A DNA stretch of 64,000 nt, taken from NCBI GenBank assembly GCA_965223845.1, contig CBDCXR010000004.1, forward strand, positions 512,001-576,000. The letters are read 5' to 3'. Source of the DNA: Planctomycetota bacterium. Lineage in GTDB: Bacteria; Planctomycetota; UBA8108; SXIK01. The position numbers and the translations under genes were made by a program. Below are positions 39,142 to 48,588 of the stretch, one piece after another (the stretch's first letter is position 1; each line of letters opens with the position of its first letter). Below the pieces are notes generated by a model that was not told the DNA's origin, did not search any database, and saw only the letters and a list, made by a program, of their open reading frames with translations.

Positions 39142-39387
39142 CGCCGAGGTACCGTCGGTTCCCGCGCCTCGCGGACACTCTCGAAGAGTGCTTCGCCTCG
39201 AGACCGGCCCGGTTGCGTTCAGATTCGCCGCGTCGAACGGCGCCGGTCGTCCGGAATGATCGGGGTCTCGCACCGCCGAATCGAGCGCGAGCGCACCCTG
39301 TGATCGGCCGAAAGAGTTTTTGCGCGGGCGTCGGGCTGAGCTTCTCCGTCGCCCGCTCGCCTTCCTCCGCACTTGTTCACCCTCCCG

Positions 39388-40656
39388 ATGGAATACCGCA
39401 CGTTCGGACGCACCGGACTCCGCATGCCCGTCTTTTCCTGCGGCGGGATGCGCTTTCAGAAATCTTGGAATCAAGCCGACGCCCATCGTGTCGACCGTGA
39501 GAGCCAAGCGAACCTCGAGGCAATCGTCGAGCGCGCGCTCGAGGTCGGCATCCATCACTTCGAGACCGCGCGCGGCTACGGGACGAGCGAATACCAGCTC
39601 GGGAAGATCCTCCCGCAACTCGAGCGCGATGCGTTTCTTCTGCAAACGAAAATCCCGCCCGAGCGCGACCCCGACTCATTCCGCCGTGCGCTCGACCAGT
39701 CGTTCGAGCGACTGGGGGTCGAGCGGATCGATCTCTTCTCCTTTCACGGCGTCAACCACCGCGAGTTTCTCGATCAGGTTCTCCGTCCGGGCGGATGCTA
39801 CGAGGTCGCGGCTCGCCTTCGCGACGACGGACGCATCGGTCACATCGGTTTCTCGACTCACGCTCCGACACCGCTCATCGTCGAGACCATCGCCACCGGG
39901 CTCTTCGACTATGTGAATCTCCACTGGTACTACATTTTCCAGGACAACGCGCCGGCGATCGTCGCCGCCGCCGAGAGTGGGATGGGAGTCTTCATCATCA
40001 GCCCGTCGGATAAAGGCGGGATGCTCTATCGACCGCCGGAGAAGCTCTCTCGGCTCTGTGAGCCGCTCCCGCCGATGGTGTTCAACGATCTCTTCTGCCT
40101 CGCGAATCCGAACGTGCATACCCTCTCGATCGGCGCGGCGCGCCCGAGCGACTTCGACACCCACCTCTCGGCGCTCGAGCGGCTCGACGAGGCCGCGGCG
40201 ACGATTGCGCCGATCGTCGAACGCCTCGATGCCGCGTTTCGAGAGGCCGTCGGCGAGGAGTTCGCGGCGACCTGGAGGGAGGGGCTCCCGGCCTGGGAGG
40301 AGACGCCAGGGCGGATGAACTTGAAGACGATCCTCTGGCTTTACAACCTCGCGCGCGCCTTCGACCTCGTCGAGTACGGGCGGATGCGCTACGGACTGCT
40401 CCACCGCGGCGGAGGACACTGGTTTCCCGGACGAAAATACAGCGCGACCGCAACCGCTCGGCTCGGTCGAGCCCTGGCCGGTTCGCCGCACGCCGAACGG
40501 ATCCCGAAGCTGCTCCGCGAGGCTCACCAGCTCCTCTGGGTCGCGCCGCCGCTTCGCGACTCCGTTCGCCATTGGACGCGGACGTCGATCAAGCGCGCGC
40601 GGGTGGCCCTCTCTCCTCTCAAACGACGCATCAAAGCCCTAGTGGGTGCGCGCTGA
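39388..40656 (+). CDS. Aldo/keto reductase family protein
   Basis: YRTFGRTG, HFETARGYGTSE, LQTK, HIGFSTH and HWFPG motifs. Confidence 0.9.
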   Translation: MEYRTFGRTGLRMPVFSCGGMRFQKSWNQADAHRVDRESQANLEAIVERALEVGIHHFETARGYGTSEYQLGKILPQLERDAFLLQTKIPPERDPDSFRRALDQSFERLGVERIDLFSFHGVNHREFLDQVLRPGGCYEVAARLRDDGRIGHIGFSTHAPTPLIVETIATGLFDYVNLHWYYIFQDNAPAIVAAAESGMGVFIISPSDKGGMLYRPPEKLSRLCEPLPPMVFNDLFCLANPNVHTLSIGAARPSDFDTHLSALERLDEAAATIAPIVERLDAAFREAVGEEFAATWREGLPAWEETPGRMNLKTILWLYNLARAFDLVEYGRMRYGLLHRGGGHWFPGRKYSATATARLGRALAGSPHAERIPKLLREAHQLLWVAPPLRDSVRHWTRTSIKRARVALSPLKRRIKALVGAR

Positions 40657-40877
40657 CGCTCGCGAAGCGGCCGCGGAGAGAAGAAGCGAGCCACCGACAG
40701 GGCCATTGGTCGGATAGGTTTAGGATCGAGGTAGACGCAATGGTAACTGTATGAGGGTGCCACTGCCGGCGACTCGCACGAGGTAACGGACGCTTCGGCG
40801 AGCGAGTTCCCGGAATTTTGGTTCGATTTCCGGGTTTGCCCGCGCGGATCCGGGTCAGGTGAGGAGAGGTCGCAGAA

Positions 40878-41453
40878 ATGGGCATCGTCGTCTCTCGCGG
40901 GCGCGTTATCTGGTTCCTCGTCGTCGTGGGAGCCGTGATCGGGCTGTCGGTGACCGTTTTCCGCCGCTCGCAGACGTCCGTCGAGGTCGAGCGATTGACG
41001 TCGCCCGAAGCGACCGCCGCGGAGCGCGGCGAGGCCCTCGCGGAGATCGCTCGCGGTGGGGGGGAGAGCGCCCTCCGTCGGCTCCGCTCGATTCAGCGCG
41101 ATCTCGCCGACACGCTCGCGCAAAAATCGAGGGACGACGTCGTCGATTTCCAGCACCTGAACTACGACGACATGATCCGGCTCATCGCCGACCGGCGCGG
41201 ATCGGAATCCCGCCAGCGTCTCTGGGCTGCGCTCGGAGAGATCAACGCGAAGATCCTCGAGCTCGAAGGCGGCCCGATCGCCGACCTTGCGAGCGATCCC
41301 GTGACCGTACCGTCGCCCCTCGCGCCGACCTCGCCGGCGGATCCATCGCCTCAGCCGGAAGACGATGCCGCACGGGGTGTCGGCCCCGTCACCGCGCCCG
41401 AGGCGGCGCCCGCCGCCGGCGACGGACTCCGCCCGGAATCTCAGCCGGAGTGA
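40878..41453 (+). CDS. Membrane-anchored hypothetical protein
   Basis: N-terminal TM and Pro-rich tail; GAGG RBS. Confidence 0.65.
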   Translation: MGIVVSRGRVIWFLVVVGAVIGLSVTVFRRSQTSVEVERLTSPEATAAERGEALAEIARGGGESALRRLRSIQRDLADTLAQKSRDDVVDFQHLNYDDMIRLIADRRGSESRQRLWAALGEINAKILELEGGPIADLASDPVTVPSPLAPTSPADPSPQPEDDAARGVGPVTAPEAAPAAGDGLRPESQPE

Positions 41454-41661
41454 AGCGCGATCGAGACGGCGCTGGCGCTCCATTCGGTCGCTCGGTTCAA
41501 TGACGTGCCGCCGGCGGCGCCTCGATGGATGAATCCGGCTCGCTCGGCCCAGCTGTGCTTCTACCGCGGCTGCAGATCCGAGTCGCGACCCATCCGATGC
41601 TCAGCCTTCGACTTGCGGTAGCGTAGGAATCCCTGGCGAGGAATTCGGGTGAGAGGTGGAC

Positions 41662-42771
41662 ATGAAGATCAAGCGCATCACGGTGTTTCAGGTCGATCTC
41701 CCTCTTCACGAAGGGAGCTACCGCTGGTCGGGCGGGAAGTCGGTCGATGTGTTCGACAGCACGATCGTCCGAATCGAAACCGACGAGGGCGTCGTCGGCC
41801 ACGGCGAGGTCTGTCCTCTCGGCCCCTTTTACCTTCCGGCGTACGCCGAGGGCGCGCGCGCGGGCGTGGCCGAGCTCGCGCCGCACTTGATCGGTGAGGA
41901 CCCGACTCAGATCGTTCCGCTCAACCGCCGGATGGACGCTGCGCTCAAGGGCCATCCCTATGCGAAGTCGGCGATCGACTGCGCGTGCTGGGACGTTCTC
42001 GGAAAAGTGGCCGGGACGCCCGTCTGTAGTCTTCTCGGCGGTCGCTTCGGCGAGAGCTTCCCGCTCTACCGTGCGATTTCGCAGGAGGACGCGAACGTGA
42101 TGGCAGAAAAGGTCGCGGGATACCGCGCCGAGGGGTACAGGAAGTTTCAGCTCAAGGTCGGAGGCGACCCGAGCGACGACATCGAGCGCATCCGAGCGGT
42201 GGCGGAGCTCCTCGATTTCGCGGGCGGCGATGTCCTCATCGCAGATGCGAACACCGGCTGGCTCATGCATCAAGCCGCGCGCGTCGTGCGCGCCGTCGAC
42301 GAGGTCGACGTCTACATCGAGCAGCCTTGCGCGACGTACGAGGAGTGTCTCTCGATCCGCCGGCGGACGAGCCATCCGTTCGTGCTCGACGAGGTGATCG
42401 ACGGAGTCGACGTGCTCGTTCGCGGTCACGCCGATCGCGCGATGGACGCGGTGAACATCAAGATCAGCAAATTCGGCGGACTGACGAAGGCGCGACTCGC
42501 TCGCGACCTGTGCGCGTCGCTCGGAATCGCGATGACGATCGAAGACAGTTGGGGCGGCGATATCACGACGGCGGCGATCGCGCATCTCGCGCACAGCACG
42601 CCGCCCGAGCTGCTCTTCACGTCGACGGATTTCAACAGCTACGTAACGGTGAGCACCGCGGAGGGCGCTCCCCAGCGAGCCGACGGACGTCTCGCCGCCT
42701 CGACCGAACCCGGACTGGGAATCAAGCCGCGGCGAGACGTCCTCGGCGATCCCGTGCTCGAAATCGACTGA
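41662..42771 (+). CDS. Enolase-superfamily (MR/MLE) enzyme, cis-3-hydroxyproline dehydratase / hydroxyproline-betaine epimerase-like
   Basis: [29 protein letters not shown] and IEDSWGG motifs. Confidence 0.88.
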   Translation: MKIKRITVFQVDLPLHEGSYRWSGGKSVDVFDSTIVRIETDEGVVGHGEVCPLGPFYLPAYAEGARAGVAELAPHLIGEDPTQIVPLNRRMDAALKGHPYAKSAIDCACWDVLGKVAGTPVCSLLGGRFGESFPLYRAISQEDANVMAEKVAGYRAEGYRKFQLKVGGDPSDDIERIRAVAELLDFAGGDVLIADANTGWLMHQAARVVRAVDEVDVYIEQPCATYEECLSIRRRTSHPFVLDEVIDGVDVLVRGHADRAMDAVNIKISKFGGLTKARLARDLCASLGIAMTIEDSWGGDITTAAIAHLAHSTPPELLFTSTDFNSYVTVSTAEGAPQRADGRLAASTEPGLGIKPRRDVLGDPVLEID

Positions 42772-42792
42772 CGGAGCGAGCGACACCCACCT

Positions 42793-44088
42793 ATGGAACC
42801 GGGATTCGGCGAGAGCCGCTGCGGGCTCTCCGCGACGAGGCATCTCCGCGAGCGCGACGTCCGCCTCCGTCTCGACGCTCTCGGTGAGATCCTCGCAACC
42901 GGCGCCGAGTTGTGGCGGGCGCACGGGCCTCCGGAAGGCGACGATTGGCGCGCGCGATTCCCAGCGGAGCGGCGGTTCGTCGACGCCGCTCGGTTCGACC
43001 GCTCGGCGATCCTCGGGCTCGATCTCGCGCGGGTTCGCGCCGCGGAGATTCCGAACGCCGTCGTTCGGACCGGACGAGACGTGGATCGACTGAGCGCGCT
43101 CTGCGATCTACCCGGGGGTGAGCTCGACCTAGGACGCGAGCTCGATCGAGGTGCGTCCGCTCGAAAGCGCGCGCAAATCGAGCGATTCGCGCGCGTCGTC
43201 GCGGGAGCACTCGGCGACGACGGCGGTGCCATCGTCGATTGCTGCGCGGGGAAGGCGCACCTCGGCCGCGCCCTTGCGTACGCCACGGGTCGCGCCGTGG
43301 TGAGCGTCGACCGCGATCCGGCCCTCTGTCGTGAGGCCGACGCCCTCGCCCAGCGGAGTGGAGTGCCGCTGCGAAGCCGCTGCGTCGACGTCCGGTCATC
43401 GTCGTTCGCGCGCGACTTTGTCCCCGGATCGACTGCGGTCGCGCTGCACGCCTGCGGAGATCTCCATCGCGAGATCTTGCGCTGCGTCGGTCCGCGCGGC
43501 GCGCGGACCGCGATCGTCGCGCCGTGCTGCTACTTCCGCACGCGAGACCTCCCGGCACGAGCGTTGTCCTCGGCGGGACGACGATCCGGGCTCCGGTTCG
43601 ATCGGGCGGATCTTCAGTTTGCGACGTGCCGTGCGACGATCGCGTCGCCTCGGGCCCGCGCCCGCGTCGCGACGAAGCAAGCCTGGTATTTCGGGATCCG
43701 CGACTGGTGGCGTCGATGTCTTCCCGAGTCCGAGATCCCGCTCCAGCGCACGATCCGCCGGGCATGGATCGCGGAGGGATTCACCGCCGTCGCGCGGCAC
43801 CTCGCCACCGCGGCCGGCGTGCCTCCTCCGAGCGTCGCGGAGCTCGCGCCCTACGAGGCCGTCGGCTGGGAACGGCTCCGGCGAGCGCTCGCGTACGAGC
43901 GAGTTCGCGATCCCTGGCGGCGCGCGCTCGAGGCGTGGCTCTTTCTCGATCGCGTTACGTGGCTCATCGAGCGAGGGCTCCGCGTTCGCGCGGGAATCTT
44001 CTGCAGCGAAGGCGTCACCCCTCGGAATCGCGCGATGATCGCCGATGCGCCTAGCCCCGTCGTCTTTCCGCGCCTGCAGCGCAGTTAG
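42793..44088 (+). CDS. Methyltransf_32-type methyltransferase
   Basis: RKRAQI, VDCCAGKAHLG, ALHACGDLH, APCCY and TPRN motifs. Confidence 0.85.
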   Translation: MEPGFGESRCGLSATRHLRERDVRLRLDALGEILATGAELWRAHGPPEGDDWRARFPAERRFVDAARFDRSAILGLDLARVRAAEIPNAVVRTGRDVDRLSALCDLPGGELDLGRELDRGASARKRAQIERFARVVAGALGDDGGAIVDCCAGKAHLGRALAYATGRAVVSVDRDPALCREADALAQRSGVPLRSRCVDVRSSSFARDFVPGSTAVALHACGDLHREILRCVGPRGARTAIVAPCCYFRTRDLPARALSSAGRRSGLRFDRADLQFATCRATIASPRARARVATKQAWYFGIRDWWRRCLPESEIPLQRTIRRAWIAEGFTAVARHLATAAGVPPPSVAELAPYEAVGWERLRRALAYERVRDPWRRALEAWLFLDRVTWLIERGLRVRAGIFCSEGVTPRNRAMIADAPSPVVFPRLQRS

Positions 44089-44318
44089 CGGCCGCCAATT
44101 CGTCTCTAACCGCCCTCCAATCTCGACCCCTTAGAGTTCAACGCAGCCGACGAAAAACGTCGCTGCTTCGGGCCGCGCTCCGCGGCGCGCCCGAAACTCG
44201 AACCCGAGCAGATCGTGGAGGCGCCCCATTCCTGCTCGCGTCGGTGAACGCGACCGCACGGGTGAGACGGGCTTGCCCGCTCGAGCGTTCGAAACCTCAC
44301 GAGTTGGAGCAAAGCACG

Positions 44319-45797
44319 ATGACTTTCGTCAAGACCCATCGCTGGGCGATTGCGGCCGGCGTCGCGATCGCTCTCTTCCTAGGGATCGCGGTTTCCGAGA
44401 GCTGGGGACGCAGTTGGAACGGTTGGTGGCGTGAATACAGCGACTCGGAAATCGAGATCCCGTTCGACGAAGCCGAGCTCTTCTTCGAGCTCAACGACAC
44501 CGACGGTGATCTCGGGATTCACTCGTCGATCGACGGTGAGGCTTGGACCGAGCTCGAGATCGAAGCGCCGAACGGACGCGAGCTCCTCGAGATCGAGCTG
44601 CAGAGTCGATTGAAGCGTCAGGGTCTCACGCAGATCGAGTTCGAGAGCGCGGAGCCGACCTTCGACGAGCTCGACCCGGAGACGTTTTTCCACCGCTTTC
44701 CCCCCGGCGAGTATGAGATCGAGGGTGAGACGCACGAGGGCGACGAGCTCGAAAGCGTCGCGATTCTGACGCATCTCCTTCCGGCGCCGCCGGCGAACGT
44801 GCACGTGCAGGGCCAGGCCTCCGCCGAGGACTGCGACGCAGAGGAGCTGCCCGTCGTCGACGGCGAGGAACCCGTCGTCATCAGCTGGGACGCGGTGACG
44901 CACTCGCACCCGGAGCTCGGCGAGACGAACGAGCCGATCGAGGTCGTTCAGTATCAGGTCGTCGTCGAGCGCGAAGAGCCGACCGAGCTGGTTTTCAGCG
45001 TCGAGCTTCCGCCTTCCATCACCGAGATCGAGATCCCGGCGAGCTTCATCGCACTCAGCGACGAGTTCAAGTTCGAGATCCTCGTCCGCGAGGCGAGCGG
45101 CAACCAAACCGCCGTGGAGAGCTGCTTCGAGGTCGAGTCCGACTCGGAATTCGAGCCGTGCTTCCCGACGACGGAAGATCTGGAGCTCTGCGATCCAGAA
45201 GAGGCGACGTTTACGCTCGACTCGACGAATCCGTACTACCCGCTCGTCGTCGGCTCGGTGGTCGTTCTCGAGGGTGAGGAGGACGGCGACGTCATTCGCG
45301 TCGAGCGGAGGACTCTTCCCGAGTCGATGGTCGTCGACGGCGTGACGACACACATCCTCGAGCACACCGAGTTCATCAACGGCGAGATCCACGAGATCGC
45401 CCGCAACTACTACGTCGAAGCGAGCGACGGCACCGTGTGCTACTTCGGTGAGGACGTCGAGTTTTACGAGGACGGTGAGCTCGTGAGCACGGGCGGAACT
45501 TGGCGCGCCGGCGTCAACGGCGCGAAACCTGGAATCATCATGCCGGCCGATCCTGCGGTCGGGCAGGCGTACTTCCAAGAGGATGATCCGGAGAACGCTC
45601 GCGATATGGCTCGCGTAACGATGACGGGAACGACCATGACGGTCGGAGAGTTCACCTTCGACAACGTCGTTCAGATCATGGACGCGAATCCCATCGACGA
45701 CGAGGACCCGTGCGAGGACGAGGAGAAGCTCTACGCACCGGGCATCGGAGAGATCAAGGACGTCGATCTGGAGCTGGTCGAGTTCGACATTCCCTGA
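44319..45797 (+). CDS. Secreted acidic two-domain hypothetical protein
   Basis: Signal/TM; N domain FELNDTDGDLG...EASGNQTAVE; C domain TNPYYPL...YFGEDV...WRAG...KLYAPGIG. Confidence 0.8.
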   Translation: MTFVKTHRWAIAAGVAIALFLGIAVSESWGRSWNGWWREYSDSEIEIPFDEAELFFELNDTDGDLGIHSSIDGEAWTELEIEAPNGRELLEIELQSRLKRQGLTQIEFESAEPTFDELDPETFFHRFPPGEYEIEGETHEGDELESVAILTHLLPAPPANVHVQGQASAEDCDAEELPVVDGEEPVVISWDAVTHSHPELGETNEPIEVVQYQVVVEREEPTELVFSVELPPSITEIEIPASFIALSDEFKFEILVREASGNQTAVESCFEVESDSEFEPCFPTTEDLELCDPEEATFTLDSTNPYYPLVVGSVVVLEGEEDGDVIRVERRTLPESMVVDGVTTHILEHTEFINGEIHEIARNYYVEASDGTVCYFGEDVEFYEDGELVSTGGTWRAGVNGAKPGIIMPADPAVGQAYFQEDDPENARDMARVTMTGTTMTVGEFTFDNVVQIMDANPIDDEDPCEDEEKLYAPGIGEIKDVDLELVEFDIP

Positions 45798-45965
45798 TCC
45801 GGCGAGGTCTCGGCTCCGCGGTCGGAAGGCGCGCGACGTCTCTCGACCGCGGGTCCCGTTCCCGTTCCCGTCTCTTTCCCCCCGTTCTCTCACCGGCGCA
45901 AAACCTCGCGATGCGCCTAAGCACCAAGGTCTGAGACCGAACCGGCCGAGCGGAGAATCTTCACC

Positions 45966-47321
45966 ATGTATCGAGCTCGAGCTCTCCAGGTCCTTTCGCT
46001 AACCTTCGCCGTCGGTGGCGCCGCGTGCTGCGCGCTTCTCCTCGGGGTGCATGCCGAAGGCGAAGCAAATGAGCGGCTCGGCTCGGTCTGTGGCGGCGAC
46101 GGCAGCGGTTGTGAGGAGGTGGTTCTCGGCCGGTGGGGGAGACTGCCTCCGGCGGACATCGGAGCGACCGAGGAAAGTGTCCGCTCCCGCAACGCTCGAG
46201 GAATCCCCGTCGCCGCGCTCGGCCTCTTCTATTTCTCGCTGCTCGCGATCTGGTTCGCTGCGGTCGGAAATCCGCGCGGGGAAGGACGTGCTCGCGTCGC
46301 CCTCGCCACCCTCGTCGTGTGCGCGCTCGGTTCGTGCGTGTCGCTCTTCTATCTCGGCCTGATGGCGTTTGTCGTCGAAGCGTGGTGTCCGCTCTGTGTC
46401 GGTTCGCACGCGGTGAGCTTCGTCCTCTTCGGCTTGATGCTGTTCGCCTGGCTCGAGTCGAAAGTCGTTCGAGACTGCATTCGCGAACGGACCGTGGCGT
46501 TCCGACATCCGAGCCTGCGTTTTTCGATCGTGGTCTTCGCTCTTGCCGGCGCCGTTTGGGCGGCCGAGTGGAATGCGTACCGCGCGGCGGCCCTTGGACG
46601 CACCGCGGAGTTTGCCGAGGAGCTGCGACAAGACGGAGCGTATCTCGAGGCGGTCCATTTCGCCCAGCCCCGGCACGCTCTCGACGCCGCGTCTCGGAGT
46701 CGAATGCGCGACGCACCCGCAGCTACGCTCGGCGTACGTGCCGACGATCCCATGATTCTTCCGCGCGCGAACGGATTCGTTCACACGCTCGTCGTCTTTT
46801 CCGACATCGAGTGTCCGTCGTGCACGCGTTTCGATCGGCTACTCGAAGACGAAATCCTTCCGCTCTACGCGGGACACCTTCGCGTCGTTTACAAGTACCT
46901 TCCGATGGCGCGCCTCCACCCGAACGCACTTCGCGGAGCGCGAGCCTTGGGAGCGGCGCGGCTCCAAGGGAAGTTCTGGGAGATGCGAAATCTTCTCCGC
47001 GCGAACCGGCGTCTTCTCGCCGACTTCGGTTTCGCCGCGGCAGCGGAGCGAGTTGGGATCGATGCCGACCGATTCGTCCGGGACATGAGCTCTCGAGTCG
47101 TTCGAAAACGCATCGCCGAAGACCGGAAGACCGCGATCGCTCTCGAATCGAGATCGACCCCCGACGTTTTTCTGAGCGGCCGTCGCGTCGACTCGAAGAT
47201 CCGGGACCTCGTCGCGTTTTGGCGAGCTCGCGCGCACGCGCTGAAGGCGCGACGGCTCAGCGCGAATCAGGGTTGGGGGCCGGACGCAACTCACGTCCTC
47301 GCAACTGGGGGACGACGATGA
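45966..47321 (+). CDS. VKOR-DsbA/thioredoxin fusion
   Basis: Loop cysteines CGGDGSGC, TM WCPLC, then FSDIECPSC and STP cis-Pro. Confidence 0.9.
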   Translation: MYRARALQVLSLTFAVGGAACCALLLGVHAEGEANERLGSVCGGDGSGCEEVVLGRWGRLPPADIGATEESVRSRNARGIPVAALGLFYFSLLAIWFAAVGNPRGEGRARVALATLVVCALGSCVSLFYLGLMAFVVEAWCPLCVGSHAVSFVLFGLMLFAWLESKVVRDCIRERTVAFRHPSLRFSIVVFALAGAVWAAEWNAYRAAALGRTAEFAEELRQDGAYLEAVHFAQPRHALDAASRSRMRDAPAATLGVRADDPMILPRANGFVHTLVVFSDIECPSCTRFDRLLEDEILPLYAGHLRVVYKYLPMARLHPNALRGARALGAARLQGKFWEMRNLLRANRRLLADFGFAAAAERVGIDADRFVRDMSSRVVRKRIAEDRKTAIALESRSTPDVFLSGRRVDSKIRDLVAFWRARAHALKARRLSANQGWGPDATHVLATGGRR

Positions 47322-48361
47322 AGCGCTCTACGCTTACGACTTCGCTCGCGGTTTCACTGCTCGCTCTCGGGAGCTTCGCCGTGGTCATCGTCCACCGATT
47401 CGAAACCCCATCGCGCGCTTCGATCGAATCCGGTGACGCGGACGATAATCGCGCCGGCCGGGACGACGGCACTCGCTCCGTCGCGGCGGCGAAGTCGGTT
47501 CAACTTGACTCACTCACGAACCGCGCGCACCGGCGGACGAAGCGGATCTCGGCGGACGCCGTGCGCACGTCGAGACGAGCGGGCTCGCGTGCACGGCAAC
47601 CGAGCCGTGCATTCGCTCTCCTTCGCTCGCGCGACCCCGGCGAGCGTTGCCGCGGCGTGCGTGCGCTCGAAGCCGCGGCCGAGGCGGGTACGGCTCCCGC
47701 GGCGCGAGCGGCGATTCGTCGGGCGCTCAGCGACACGCACGCGAGCGTGCGCCTAGAAGCCGTTCAGTCCCTCACCGATCTCGACGATCGCACCTCCGTT
47801 CAGCGGATACGTGAGCTGCTCGACGATCCGAGCCCGAGCGTGCGTGGAGAGACGGTCGCGGCGCTCGTCCAGCTCGGTGACGACGCGGAGGTCGACGCGA
47901 TCGCCGCCCTCGCCGGCGACTCCGACGCCGGCGTGCGTGCGGACGCCGCCGCAGCGCTCGGGCGCTTCGAGTCGTACGTCGGGCTCGATCGACTCGTTGC
48001 GCTGCTCGAGGACTCGGACGCCGATGTCCGCAGCGAAGCGATGCGATCCCTGCGTCGTCTCGGTGCCCCGTCCGCGCTTCCGGCTCTAGCCGAGCTCTAT
48101 ACCTCGACCGAAGGACCGCCGTCGTTCGAGCTCCTCGATGCGATGCGGCGGCTCGGAGACGAGGAGCCGCTCCGGCGTGAAGTCGATCGGCTCGCGGAGA
48201 TCGCGCTCGCGGGGGACGAGGTGGAAGCTCGCTACGAGGCGATCCAAACTCTCGCTCGCGAGGCTCCCTCGAACGCGCGCGAGGTGTTTCGTCGCGCGCT
48301 CAACGATCCTAGCGCACGTGTGCGCAAGGCAGCTTCACGCGCGGTGAAGAGCGCTCGCTGA
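47318..48361 (+). CDS. Membrane-anchored HEAT-repeat protein
   Basis: Repeated LxDxxxxVRxxA units; ATGA-coupled to VKOR-DsbA. Confidence 0.85.
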   Translation: MKRSTLTTSLAVSLLALGSFAVVIVHRFETPSRASIESGDADDNRAGRDDGTRSVAAAKSVQLDSLTNRAHRRTKRISADAVRTSRRAGSRARQPSRAFALLRSRDPGERCRGVRALEAAAEAGTAPAARAAIRRALSDTHASVRLEAVQSLTDLDDRTSVQRIRELLDDPSPSVRGETVAALVQLGDDAEVDAIAALAGDSDAGVRADAAAALGRFESYVGLDRLVALLEDSDADVRSEAMRSLRRLGAPSALPALAELYTSTEGPPSFELLDAMRRLGDEEPLRREVDRLAEIALAGDEVEARYEAIQTLAREAPSNAREVFRRALNDPSARVRKAASRAVKSAR

Positions 48362-48588
48362 GCCCGAACGTGTCGGCCGTCGCGTCTCGCCGTCACCGGC
48401 GGTGGCCGTTCGTTCGGAGTGAGTTCGGGCGAGAGCGTTCTCGAACCCTGCCGCCCGGCTTTCGCGTCCCGGACGACGCGATGGTGCCGACTGGGATTCG
48501 CTCGCGCGGCGCGGGATAATGGGGGCGGATCGCGGCTGCATGCCTAGACGCGGCGGTCTCACCTTTTCCATCGACTCGGCCGATCGGT

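Noticed and set aside
38540-39645. Multiple ORFs on both strands crossing the 17-bp array
   Set aside because: The repeat unit contains no stop in any frame, so open frames are expected. They overlap better-supported genes.
44107-44133. Fifth TAA...TTA motif (CTCTAA...TTAGAG)
   Set aside because: The spacer is 21 nt rather than 19. The near-match at 40698-40722 begins CAG and was also excluded.
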